From: Octopus sinensis
Lineage: Eukaryota
DNA length: 64,000 nucleotides
NCBI RefSeq assembly: GCF_006345805.1
Contig: NC_042999.1
Coordinates: 145,700,001-145,764,000, forward strand
Direction: 5' to 3'
A program made the translations under genes and the position numbers. Shown piece by piece: positions 37,575 through 50,328 of the stretch (its first letter is position 1; the number at the start of each line of letters is the position of its first letter). The notes beneath the pieces are model-generated. The model saw only the letters and a program-made list of their open reading frames with translations, was not told where the DNA came from and did not search any database.

Positions 37575-38416
37575 CATGCACATTCTCACCCACACCATTC
37601 GCCAATATAGTTCAGTTCTTGAATTCAGACATGTAGCAGGGTCTAAGCTGCTTTTCCAGATGAGCCATCTTTCCAAATCACAAAGACTGCACGTTCCACT
37701 ATCGTTAGTGTAGGGTTTACACTTAGCTAAGATCTTCCAATGGATGTAACTGACACCATTATCTTTTAAGGACCTGTGTAACCGACACATTTATCTTTTA
37801 AGGACCGTTGTCAGGTGTCATTGTTGGTAAAAATCCCGCACGAACGAGAAGTAGTCGAGGGACAGAACAAGTTCGGCCAGCTGAAGAAGTGTGGAGGTGT
37901 CAGGTTGGGGGGTCAGGTCGAAGGTCCAGAAAGTGCAAGAAGTCCTTCGTTGTGTGGGATCAGATTTTAAGAGTGAACAAAAGTTTAGAAGGGCTAGAAG
38001 GGAAGGAGAAAGAGTTAAAGAGACGAAGAGCATGGTGAGGATCGTGGATGTAGACGGGGAGGAAAGCTACTAAGGGGGTAAGGACACGGTCGTGGTATTT
38101 GGAGATCAATTCTGTGGGGCAGTTATAGGCGGAAACGATGGGGCAGCCAGGGTTGTTGGATTTGAGGATTTTGTGACGGACATAAATTGTAGAGGTGCGT
38201 AACGTGTGGAAAAAGAGAATGGGGGCGGTGGGAGGGAGACGGGAGGAGGAAATGCGGTCCAGAATAGTGGGGAACATAGTCTGTTGCTAGTTAGGTGTGG
38301 GGGTGGAGGGTGGAGGGCAATTGAAGGAGGTGTCTTGAAGTTGGCAGATAACTTCAGCCATGTAAAGATCTGCGCGCCACACCACCACAGCTCCATCCTT
38401 GTAGACTGGTTTTTTA
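37575..38416 (-). mobile_element. Penelope-like element: RT fragment (38416-37810) joined to a GIY-YIG C-terminal fragment (37790-37575)
   Basis: KPVYKDGAVVVWRADLY; KSNNPGCPIVSAYNCPTELISKYHDRVLTPLV; LYTLIPHNEGLLAL; LLQLAELVLSLDYFSF; then WKILAKCKPY...CSLCDLERWLI...LNSRTEL. Confidence 0.85.
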
Positions 38417-38446
38417 CTATACACACACACACACACACATCTATAT

Positions 38447-38541
<95 letters not shown>

Positions 38542-39200
38542 CACACACATACACACATACATCTATATATAATGATTAAGGAAATAGAATTCCCGAGAAT
38601 CTTTATTCATCACAACGATCGTTAAGACAAATCTTGCATCGGTCCCTTGTAGGTAGGATACTATACCACTGATTGTGTTGCCTCCTCCAGTGCAGATGTA
38701 TCTCGTCAGGTGTCTTCTTTTGGAGAAGATATGATGTCAGTATTTGTATATGTATATTGTGCAAATAGAAAATTTTAAATATCCCTGTTTTGCAAAATAA
38801 ACGATGAAAATGTACCACTACGAAAGGCAAAAGAAAAATACTATAAAAGAATTCTAAATCCGAAATGAAACCGAAAAGAGCCAACACTCCATATAATAAA
38901 CAATGGTAAATGAATATAATAAGCAATGGTAAATGAATATTTAAGACTAAAAACCAAAAGTCCAAAAGAAACCAGAAATAATACTACGACTACCACAAAA
39001 ATAACAACTTCCTCTTTAAGAATACGTTTGTTTCAAAAGGATTAACGTAAACACTTACACACTGGAAAAAACTTTTTCGATAAAAAAAGCCTAGTAACAT
39101 CTTCATAAAAGATTTGATAAAAATTTTTTCGTAAAATAATAAAAAAAAAATCTCCTTTACACTTTAAAATCTCTTTAAAGTAATCCTCATAGACTTTCAT

Positions 39201-39244
<44 letters not shown>

Positions 39245-39448
39245 TTATTAGAGACAAAACCACTATTTTGCAAAACAAACAAGGAAAGACTTAATCTTTA
39301 TGTATTGATTAAGTCTTTCCTTGTTTGTTTTGCAAAATAGTGGTTTTGTCTCTAATAATATTTTATAATATTTTACTATAAAATTGGATTTAATCCTAAA
39401 TCTGATTTTTTCCCTGTAAATTTGGATTTATTCCCTAATATTTATTAT

Positions 39449-39492
<44 letters not shown>

Positions 39493-39844
39493 ATGCAATA
39501 TAATATAATATAATATAATATAATATAATATGATATAAGATAATATTATATTATATTATACTATATTAAAGGAAAAATCAAAACCAAGGCGAAACAAGTA
39601 TCTCAAGTCATTTACATTAATTTAATTAGGGTAAGGTGAACTTGAAGTCTTACAGCTGTTTCTGGGATCACCCAAGTAGTTGGTTAGTATGTACGTGCAC
39701 TGGGTATTTCGTCAACAGAAACAAGTTATGAATATTTTAGACGGGGAATATTTACAGTTTACAAGGAATAAAATTCACAATTTACAAGGAATAGAAGAAT
39801 AAAAAAAATAGGAGGAATAAACAGTAAAAGTAGTTAGAAGAATA

Positions 39845-40029
<185 letters not shown>

Positions 40030-41169
40030 CAGAGAGAGAGAGACAGACAGACAGAGGGCGGATAGATAGATAGACAGACTGCTATTAAAGCTTGCCCCTA
40101 TTTTCAGTATTTGAAGATATTTAAATATGTATCAATCATATGAATATTTATCATTTAATTATCGCTAGAATGAAACGCTATAAGAACTATGTTAGTAATT
40201 AGTTGAAAATTAGTCAGTCCGGTTGTAATTTCTTTAAAATTCTTTAAAAGCTAATAAATATGTAAAATCAATTAGAGTGATTTAGATCTACAATCCGTAA
40301 ATCACGTACCTTAATCTCTTCCTATTTCTTTGATATTCTTTGTAAATGTGATTATCTTTTCGGGAATGCATTATTATATGCTATTTCACTCAGCTAATGA
40401 AAATTTTCATCCTATCTTCAAAGTATTTTTTATCACAAACTTAGTAATATATTGCAGGAAATATCTTCATAAATTATCAAACAAAATTGGAAGATCGCTT
40501 GTTCATACAAATTTTACACTTCTGTTGCTCTACATTTTCCAGTCAATTGATCGTAACTATTATTGAGCACCATAATATTCATAATTCTTCCTATTCAAGC
40601 GAACTTTGATTCACGCTAAATCAATAATTTCGTTGCTAAATTGCAATATGATGTATTTCTGGTTCATTATCAGCAATTTCTCAGTTAAATGATCCCCTAA
40701 ATACACTATTTTACCATTTTACAGTTCTTGCTATTGTGTACGAGTTATAATTTCTCTGCGAAATATCGCACATAAAAAAACATCAGAATTCATGAATTGA
40801 TAAAAAGCAAACGTTATGATAGCACGTCTGAGAATTACATGATCATAAACTGAATACTTCTATTATGAACTGCAAGTATCTTGCAGTTTCTCTAGTGATT
40901 TAACTGGTTCGTACGATTATCTGGTAGACGTAACACAGCTTAGGGTTTAATAGCATTATCTGATGTGTTGATGTCTTTTTGTTTTACAGAATTCATTCAT
41001 TTGCAATCTCCATTTTCGTCTCTATTCACCTTTTTGCTAGTAAATATTGATCTGTAGCTGTTCAGGTTGGATGTTAGCTGTACCAGCCCCTTTAATTGTG
41101 TAGGAAAAAGGGAGAAAAATGAAGAAGGCTGAGATGGATCAAAGTCTTGCTTATAATCATTCAGCGCAC

Positions 41170-41400
41170 AATTTGACTTATCCGCGGTTGGTCCAATGCC
41201 AAGGAAGAAATCCAAGACACTGAGGTCGGGGGCAAGCTGCCACGACCACAATGTGTAGTGAGGCACCTTAAAAACCAGCTCGCTTGGCATTGTCCTGTTG
41301 TAACGAATAGCAGCACAAAGTACAAAACTTGCCGCCGTTTGTCGGACAGACGAAGAGGGTGTGTGGCCAGGGCAGCTGCCAGATGCTAGAACAAACACTG
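41170..41400 (-). mobile_element. Possible Tc1/mariner-superfamily transposase remnant
   Basis: WSWQLAPDLSVLDFFLG resembles WP..SPDL..LDFFLWG; only one motif, spacing imperfect. Confidence 0.3.
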
Positions 41401-41709
41401 TTCTGGATTTGATGAAGGAAGATTGGGCAGGGCTCAGTGAACATGCTAGTTAACCCATAGCTGCAACTCTAATAGGTGCTACTACTCTGGGTCAGAGAAG
41501 AATTGCGAATAATAGTGGTTAAGATGTGATTCCACACTTCTCAAGGCTCTGGAGTTTTTGTACTAGGGTCCCAAATCCGGATGCAATTGGAAGTCATACT
41601 TAGGACACTTCCAGGGCCAAGTCTTTCTCTCTTTCTGTATATTTATATATATATGTGTGTGTGCGTGCGCGCGCTCGTGTGCGTCTGTGTGTATTGTAAA
41701 TATGTTTTT

Positions 41710-41741
<32 letters not shown>

Positions 41742-42717
41742 GCATATACATACGTATATAGATATGTGTGGGTGTTTTTTAATATGATACATACGTGTAT
41801 GTACGTGTATTATAGTGGAGTATATTGTTTACATTAAATTTCTTCTCCTTCATCATGAGTTTCATGATACTGTTATCTTAGGTTTTAGATGTCATCGTTC
41901 AGCATCCGTTGTAGTTATATATACATCAGACCAAACATATACTTCCTTTATGCTTTTGAAGATAATAACACTGTACGACTGGAGGTTGCAATGCTAGATA
42001 GAAACATCCTATCGACGACTTCGGAATATAACAGTATCTGTCAGAACGACAACCGTCGTATAAAGACAGATACAACAGTGGAAAAAACCCGATTTATAAC
42101 AGTTTACTGCTTATTCATTATTCACTTCTGTGTTTATCATATGAATACCTGTTGATGATATCATTCATATTTATCTGTTTTCTTTATAAATACGAGGTAT
42201 CTTATATCTGAAGCTTTTAAAAATGTCCTTCGATATATATACTGTAGATGAGATTGTATTTAGTATCAAATGCGTATAAACTGTTATTCTTTGCTGTGTG
42301 CTAATTTGGTTGTTTTTCTAAAGCGTCGTCTGATATCGTTCTTCAGTCAAAAGAAGAAAAAAACATTAAAAAAAACATAAAAACATTCTATCAAAAATGG
42401 TATTAATATCACGTTTCAGAGTATAATATCACGTTTCAGAGTTGCAAATCAGCAATAAATATTCAACTTGAATTTTTGCTGATGATCATTACTTTAAGGT
42501 TTTCTTATACAACTGCTATTTGTAAAGACTTTCCAAAGAAATACGTTTGAACTAGATTTACAGAAATGAATAGATTGGCATAATTTAGTTTTGAATTAAT
42601 TTTTCCATGTATGGCTTCAAACGGTTTGGCATGCCGATAAAATTCAGAAATTACCCAATTTTTTCCCCTTTGTGATTTAAAATGAAATTCATTTAAATAT
42701 ATGGTAATATTTTTATA

Positions 42718-42930
42718 AGGCGGTGAGCTAGGAGAATTGTTAGCACACCGGAGAAAACGTTTTGCAGCATTTCGTTTATCTCTACCACCTGAGTTCAAAT
42801 TCCGCCGAGGTTGATTTTGCCATTCATCCTTTCGGGGTCGATAAAATAATTAGCAGTCAAGTCCTAGGTCGATGTAATCGGCAAGCCTCGTCACCCAAAA
42901 CTGCATGCCCTGTGTCTATAGCAGTAAGGA
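42718..42930 (+). mobile_element. SINE family A
   Basis: aggcggtgagctaggagaattgttagc...gagttcaaattccgccgagg...cctttcggggtcgataaa. Confidence 0.8.
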
Positions 42931-43379
42931 ATTTTCGTAAGAAATGCCAAGCAAGTAATTTATCTTCGCAAAAATGTAACTTTCATGCCAATAGTCTACA
43001 TTTGTTTTCTGAACCTATAAAAACAATAGTTTTCTGTTTTCCTGTCAAGCAAGCTTCACAATCATAAGGCAAATCTCCATAATCAAATGCAAGTCCTTAC
43101 AGTTCTTTAAATAGGCAATGGCTACACGATGGAGACTTCATAAAATAGATATTTAAAATACTTGCACACGAAATACTTTTTCATTCTACTGGTTTCGCAT
43201 ATCAATTTTCTTGATAAATTATGCACTATAATTTTGAAAATTCATTTATCTTCTAAATTTAGATAATCCAACTGAATTTAATCGAATTTAATTTAGAATA
43301 AAAGCCTAATTTAGACTCAAACATTGCTGAGGCACCCGTTTGTTAATATATTCTCAAGATTTTAAAGGGAGGACTTGAA

Positions 43380-43720
43380 AATTATCTTAGCTTTCTTTAC
43401 TTTTGTATCAATATAGTTTCTAACAGCAGCAGATTTCATCGTGAGTGGAAATAATTTCTCCAGTAACATCATGCTAATTACAAGCCTAACTGTGAATACG
43501 TCGATAGTTTTGTCGATAATGAGCGAAAGTTAACTAAATTCCCATAAATGTTTGCGATTATTATGGGTATTTTGATAATTTATACCGACAGCAATAACTC
43601 CATCTTGTTCTGCTATTATTATATTATCCTGCGTTGCAAACGCATATTTTCCTTCTTTTAGCAGGTACAAAACTTCAGCAACTGCTAAACAGAATTCTTG
43701 CCCAATAAGTTGCATAAGCT
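43380..43720 (-). mobile_element. Possible hAT-like transposase remnant
   Basis: Minus strand SLIIDKTIDV resembles hAT S(L/I)..DE(T/S)TD; weak, single motif. Confidence 0.25.
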
Positions 43721-44039
43721 TTCAATCTTAAGATTTTTAATTATCTCCTTCAAATAAATTACAATCAGAATGTTTAATCGTTTAATGACGGATACCTTTA
43801 ATTTTCTTAAATGCCCAGGAGAGATTCAAGACAGTTGATACACTGGTCTGAATTTCACTTCACCAAAGAAGAAATTATTTTCCACTTATTTTATTGCGTT
43901 TTGCTTTTTAAAAGCCATTTTCTTTTGTTGCAGCAATTATGAGATGTTATCAAAAATTAAAACTAACATCTGCGTCACTTAACATGTTTGCTGATAAAAT
44001 GAAATGAATTGCCATCCGCCTGTACTAGTATGTGATTTA

Positions 44040-44170
44040 AATTGGGACAATGCCTGCAATTTCGTGCGGCGGGGTAAGTCGATTACACAACCCAGTATTA
44101 AACTGGTACTTATTTTATCGACTCCAAAATGATAAAAGGCAGAGTCGACCTCAGTGGAATTTGAGCTCAA
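44040..44170 (-). mobile_element. SINE family A, partial
   Basis: Reverse complement of gagctcaaattccactgaggtcgactctgccttttatc. Confidence 0.7.
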
Positions 44171-45151
44171 ATCCTATATAGATTTTATCGTTGATTATTA
44201 TAATAATAAATATGAATTTATTCGCTGCTGAATTAATTTGGTTATTCGAACATGCCTGAGATGAGCCATCTGCATTTAAACTGTATATATGTGTGATCAT
44301 TTATAGATGCATTAGGATACGTATGTGTTCGTATGGTAAGTATAATTGTTTGTAATTATGTACATTCAGTTATTGATGATGGTAAAAGAATTTATATCTC
44401 TGAACTAGAAATCAATTAGTCGATGGGTAAACATTAAAAAAAACTTTTTTGCTCATTTCCCTCGCTTTCAGTCCGTGTCTATGTCATAAATAAGGCAGTT
44501 TTAGAGTTATTTGACATTTGACAGAGTATATAATATTTTATAATAATTATAATAAGGGTGACTACATAGTAGTACTACACGCTAGAAGAAAATATCAAAT
44601 GACTATAAAACTACTTTCTTTATCACACTAACACGGACTAAAAGCGAGGGAAATGATGAAAAAGTTTTAAAAAAAAAAGTTTAATCAATTGATTTCTGGT
44701 TCAGGGATATAACTTCCTTTACTGCCATCAGTATGACATAACGTATATAATTATAAACATTTATACATACTATACTAACACAACGAATCCCCAGTGCATC
44801 TACAAATGTTCATATGTATATACATAGTTCATATCTAGATCGTTCATCACAGCAACGTGTGAATAACCAAAATAATTCAGCAGCGAATACATTGATTTAA
44901 GTGAATCCATATTTATTATTATAATCAAGAATAAAATTTATATAGAATTTTATCAGGTAGTTAGTAATGTAAAAACTTTTAGGTATAAATTAATACAGAG
45001 TATATGATTTTTTATAATAATTATAAGGGCAACTACATAGTAGTACCACAAGCTAGAAGAAGATGTCAAAATAAATCTAAGACTACTTTATTTATCATAT
45101 AGACACGGACTGAAAGGGAGGGAAATGAACAAAAACGATGTTTTTAAAAAA

Positions 45152-45555
45152 TAGGCGCAGGAGTGGCTGTGTGGTAAAATGCTTACCAACCACATAGTTC
45201 CGGATTCAGTCCCACTGCGTGGCACCTTGGGCAAGTGTCTTTTACTATAGCCTCGGGCCGACCAAGGCCTTGTGAGTGGACTTAGTAGACGGAAACTGAA
45301 AGAAGCCCGTCGTATATATGTATATATATACATATATGTATGTGTGTGTATATGTTGTGTATCTCTTTGTCCCCACAAAATCACTTGACAATCGATGCTG
45401 TTGTGTTTAGTTCCCCGTAACCTAGCTGTTTGGCAAAAGAGACTGATAGAATAAGTACTAGGCTTACAAAGAATAAGTCCTGGGTCGATTTGATTCTACT
45501 AAAATCGGTGCTCCAGCATGGCCGCAGTCAAATGACTGAAACAAGTAAAGAAATA
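45152..45555 (+). mobile_element. SINE family B, full length with internal microsatellite
   Basis: taggcgcaggagtggctgtgtggtaaaatgctt...ggattcagtcccactgcg...gacggaaactgaaagaagcccgtcg (TA/TG)n ...cagcatggccgcagtcaaatgactgaaacaagtaaag. Confidence 0.85.
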
Positions 45556-45780
45556 TATCAATTGATTTCTTGTTCAGGGATATGACTTCCTTTACCGTCA
45601 TCAGTATGACATGACTCGACGTATATAATTATAAACATTTTTACATTTGACATCTAGCGTGTGGCACTATGATGCAGATGCCTTTATTATAATTATTATG
45701 ATTGATTTATACATTTAAAGGTTTTACATGCTAGCTACCTGTTAAATCCTGTATAGATTTCATCCTTGATTATAATAATA

Positions 45781-46146
45781 ACTAGCAGTATATAGCCCGG
45801 CTTTGCTCGGGATTAAGTTAGGATTATTAGGCTAATCAGGCTCTTTATTTCAAAGCAAACTAAGTAACATCAACATCGACGTAAAATTTGAATGAAATCC
45901 GTTGAAATTGGTAAACTTTTGGCTGCAATTTTTCTGACAATTTGATTGGGAAATCCCATAAGGAATCGGTTTCTCGACTTTTTTCACTCATCGATTGTTT
46001 TTTTTGTCTTGTTTTTTTTTCATGTAACACCACTTTGCGCATGGATTGAGAACTCCTCCAGCAAGTAAAATAGAACGCTCAAAAGGGCCCTCGATCCTCT
46101 GTGTGAGAAGCGGTTATGTTCAGATCACAACTAAGTTTATATATAT
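45781..46146 (-). mobile_element. Short non-autonomous Helitron; 3' end at 45782
   Basis: Minus strand ends CCCGAGCAAAGCCGGG hairpin + 10 nt + CTAG-T; the 5' boundary near 46146 is inferred. Confidence 0.55.
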
Positions 46147-46239
46147 GGGCAACACACACACAAACATATACGTATATACACCTATTGCATACATGTTTTT
46201 GCACGCCTATGCCCCTACCGCTGCCCCACCACCACCTCC

Positions 46240-46555
46240 TACCCGAGTAATACTATCAATTGAAGCAAATTTGGCACTCGGAAGTAAGTTTTGTAACAGG
46301 AATAGAGAAGCCTACCTTCTCCCGCAGAGATGTGAAAGTCATACCTCTCCTTTCGAAAACATGAACAGTTTCGAAACATTGTTTGCGAAGGAGCGTGTCT
46401 ACAGTCATCACGTAGGTCTTTTGCGTCTGGTAACCTCTGCTCTCTTCCATGTTCACGCACGACCATTTATATATCGCTATGAGTAGAGCAACTGATTCAG
46501 CTAATTTGGAAATTAGTTGTGGAGAAACGGAGAATATCGTTTATGTTGCCCGTAT
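46240..46555 (+). mobile_element. Helitron PIF1-like helicase C-terminal remnant
   Basis: FTHDHLYIAMSRATDSANLEISCGETENIVY (46452-46545) matches F.HGQLYVA.SR......L.I....T.NIVY; weaker upstream LGSKFCN, LP, PF and VGL matches. Confidence 0.75.
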
Positions 46556-46728
46556 ATATATATACGCGCAACGCACACACACACACACACACATTGCATA
46601 CATGTGTCTTTTACGCATACATGCTCGTATGTGTGTATGTGTGACTGAAGTCATTCACACATACATACATAACAACACCTGTCTGTCTGTTATTGCCAAT
46701 AAAAAGACGAAATTTTGAAACTCTGCTA

Positions 46729-46778
<50 letters not shown>

Positions 46779-47064
46779 TCTCTCCCCCTCTTTACACCAT
46801 CGCTAGGAGGAAACTTAACTCATGTTTGCTTCGTAAACAATGGTAGGTTTCATCGCCGTAAATATTTGGAGGCTATGGCTCAAAATTATTTACCGCTATT
46901 CGCGGGTGCCTCGGGGGAAAATAATTTGACGAAAATACAGCTGGGTTTGTGACGAATGTCCTCCTATAGTTTGAGCGACATGCTTGCTAATTTGTGGATG
47001 GACATAAACTAGAATCACGTACACACACACACACATCTTGCCTTATATATATATATATATACAG

Positions 47065-47119
<55 letters not shown>

Positions 47120-47127
47120 CAATAATA
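47065..47127. repeat. (AAT)n microsatellite
   Basis: Direct reading. Confidence 0.95.
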
Positions 47128-47169
47128 GACAGCCGTCTCACCAACACAGACACCACACCTCATCACACA

Positions 47170-47553
47170 GCACAAACATTCCGTTAATGAACTCTCAGAT
47201 GACTTTTAAGACCAGCTGCTGACTGACAAGATTCTAAACACAAGTGATAGATATTAATGTCTCTTTTATATCGTTGCCCTTTGGAATCTGATTCTGAAGG
47301 AATGGTTGTGTGAACTAGTGTATGCCTTTTAAGTTCAGATATTGTCTTACAAGTTTTGTGACGTATGACACAAGTCGTAAAAGGCGGTTGGTGTCCACAA
47401 TTATTACCTATCTTGGCATTTCGATTTTCATGTTATTTCATATGATTTACGTATCCTGCTTTTGACAACAGAACACGATCACATATAATACATATTATTT
47501 TTTTAATCAGTGGATAATTCTGGACATTACCAAGTTCAAACAAAACTTAGAGG

Positions 47554-47609
<56 letters not shown>

Positions 47610-48140
47610 AGGAAGGAGAGAGGTGAGGGTGGAAAAGGAGAGGAGATAAAACACAAATATTGACTGTTTATTATTTGTTCCTTTGCGACAGGTCCTTTTA
47701 AGCGAAGAAAGCTGAATCATCATTTTCCCCAAAACATTGCAACCAGTCCTAACAGCACATTTCCACCTGCTCCGATCTAGAACATGGTTTTTCTAATCAC
47801 TTTTGTTCATATCTATTTTCTTCAGGTTTTCTTTCACGCAGTCTTTATACCATTACCCTGGCTATATTGTTGTCACTTACCAGAGTTAAGCTCACCATAA
47901 AAGAGAAGCTTGGCAATCGCTCGTCTTTCATTCTAATAAGATGTCCACTCCATTTCATTTGAGCCAAGATAACATGTTGTTCAATTGAGTTACAACGTGC
48001 ATGCGCAAAACTTCTGTATCTGGTATGAAATATACTCACTTGACTCCTAAGATACGTGTGTGAGGCATTTTTGATGAAATCTCTCCTGCATTTTTATATA
48101 ATGCCTGTAAGTGGTCCACGTATCACTTGAATAAAGAAGT
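47170..48140 (-). mobile_element. RTE-clade LINE 3' end with C2H2 zinc-finger tail, interrupted by a (GA)n-containing segment
   Basis: QMKWSGHLIRMKDERLP (ORF 47845..48039) and RYKDCVKENLKK, then CVIRHKTCKTISELKRHTLVH (47310-47372) and YHLCLESCQSAAGLKSHLRVH. Confidence 0.75.
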
Positions 48141-49310
48141 GCAGTCAATACACACGCTTTATGGACACTGATATTTGTCTACAGGGAAATACTTCTATGC
48201 GCCCATACACGCTTTTCAAACTTTCCAAATGCAAAACTCCCCACCCCAAATATATTTATATTTATAGAAAGAGAGAGGGCGGGGAGGAAAAATTTGTTGA
48301 GATCAAAACTAATATTGTCAATATGGAAATTATTTTTTTAATCAATGGATAATTCTGGACATGACCAAGTTCAAACAAAAATTAGAGGGAGAGAGAGAGA
48401 GAGAGAGCGAGAGAGAAGAAGGAGAGAGGTGAGGGTGGAAAAGGAGAGGAGATAAAACACAAATATTGACTGTTTATTATTTGTTCCTTTGCGACAGGTC
48501 CTTTTAAGCGAAGAAAGCTGAATCATCATTTTCCCCAAAACATTGCAACCAGTCCTAACAGCACATTTCCACCTGCTCCGATCTAGAACATGGTTTTTCT
48601 AATCACTTTTGTTCATATCTATTTTCTTCAGGTTTTCTTTCACGCAGTCTTTATACCATTACCCTGGCTTATATTGTTGTCACTTACCAGAGTTAAGCTC
48701 ACCATAAAAGAGAAGCTTTGGCAATCGCTCGTCTTTCATTCTAATAAGATGTCCACTCCATTTCATTTGAGCCAAGATAACATGTTGTTCAATTGAGTTA
48801 CAACGTGCCATGCGCAAAACTTCTGTATCTGGTATGAAATATACTCACTTGACTCCTAAGATACGTGTGAGGCATTTTTGATGAAATCTCTCCTGCATTT
48901 TTATATAATGCCTGTAAGTGGTCCACGTATCACTTGAATAAAGAAGTGCAGTCAATACACACGCTTTATGGACACTGATATTTGTCTACAGGGAAATACT
49001 TCTATGCGCCCATACACGCTTTTCAAACTTTCCAAATGCAAAACTCCCCACCCCAAATATATTTATATTTATAGAAAGAGAGAGGGCGGGGAGGAAAAAT
49101 TTGTTTGAGATCAAAACTAATATTGTCAATATGGAAATTATTTTTTTTAATCAATGGATAATTCTGGACATGACCAAGTTCAAACAAAACTTAGAGGGAG
49201 AGAGAAAGAGAGAGAGAGAGAGGGGGGAGAGAGGGAGAGAGAGCGAGAGAGAGCGAGAGAGAAGGAAGGAGAGAGGTGAGGGTGGAAAAGGAGAGGAGAT
49301 AAAACACAAA
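47495..49310. repeat. Tandem duplication, unit about 820 bp, about 2.2 copies (starts 47495, 48329, 49137)
   Basis: attattttttt(t)aatca(g/a)tggataattctggaca occurs three times; the first two units are near-identical and carry the RTE fragment. Confidence 0.95.
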
Positions 49311-49662
49311 CAGAAACGATTTGGTAACTTTAAGAGAGACGGACCTAAAGATTATGTTACACAATTTAGTAAAACATCGTCATGACAATACGTGTGTCAT
49401 ACCAGACGTCAGAAACGCCGTAGATGTCTCATACCTAACCAAAAACATTAATAAATTAAATTAAGATTATATTGACAAAGTAATCCTAGATATGCAAAAA
49501 AAAAAAAAAAAATTAGGCAGCCACTGCTGGAATTTACAATGGTAATACTCTTGTGTGTTTCTTTGTCACAACATAGGAATGAGAAAGGAAGGGATAATAG
49601 ATAAATAAGGAAGGAAGGGTTGATGGCAAACTTGGTAGTAGGATGACAGGAGTTCTACGGTG

Positions 49663-50080
49663 AAAAAAGTCAAACTGCGTTTCAACTCTGTGTGAGTATA
49701 TGCGTGTGCATGTAAAAGAGAAGTATGTGTTTGTGTGTGCGTGTGCGTGTGTGTGCGTGTGTGTGTGTGTGTGTGTGTGAGCGTGTGTGTGAACAATGGA
49801 AGTGCAATGGTGAACATTCAGCGCTGAAAATAAATCAAACAGCATTTCAATTCTGCGTGAGTATATATATGTGTATGTAAAAGAGAGATATGTGAATGTT
49901 TATGTGTGTGTGTGTGTATGTGTGTGTGCGTGTGTGTGTATGTCTGTGTGTGTGCAATCGAAATGCGATGGTGAACATTCAACGCTGAAAAGAAAAATCA
50001 AACAGCGTTTCAACTCTATGTGAGTATGTGTGTATGTGTGTGCGTGTACAAGGGAATTATGCGAATGTTTGTATGTGTGA
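49663..50080. repeat. Three diverged units of about 150-170 bp with internal (TG)n, upstream of a Helitron-type 3' end
   Basis: tcaaac(t/a)gc(g/a)tttcaa(c/t)tct..gtgagtat occurs three times. Confidence 0.8.
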
Positions 50081-50119
50081 TCATTTTGTACCTTATTTAT
50101 ATATAAAATACTATAATTA

Positions 50120-50152
50120 GCCGTCATTTGTGACGGCACAGGGTCAGCTAGT
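50120..50152 (+). mobile_element. Helitron-type 3' terminus
   Basis: GCCGTCA-tttg-TGACGGC hairpin (50120-50137), 10-nt spacer, CTAG (50148-51) followed by T. Confidence 0.7.
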
Positions 50153-50253
50153 ACTATTTATAATATTCTACGCGTTCCTACTTTACTGTCAGCTTTGTCC
50201 GTGGGTAACGCTTATACAAAAGGAAATAGTAACTCCAATGGAGACTCTATATT

Positions 50254-50328
<75 letters not shown>

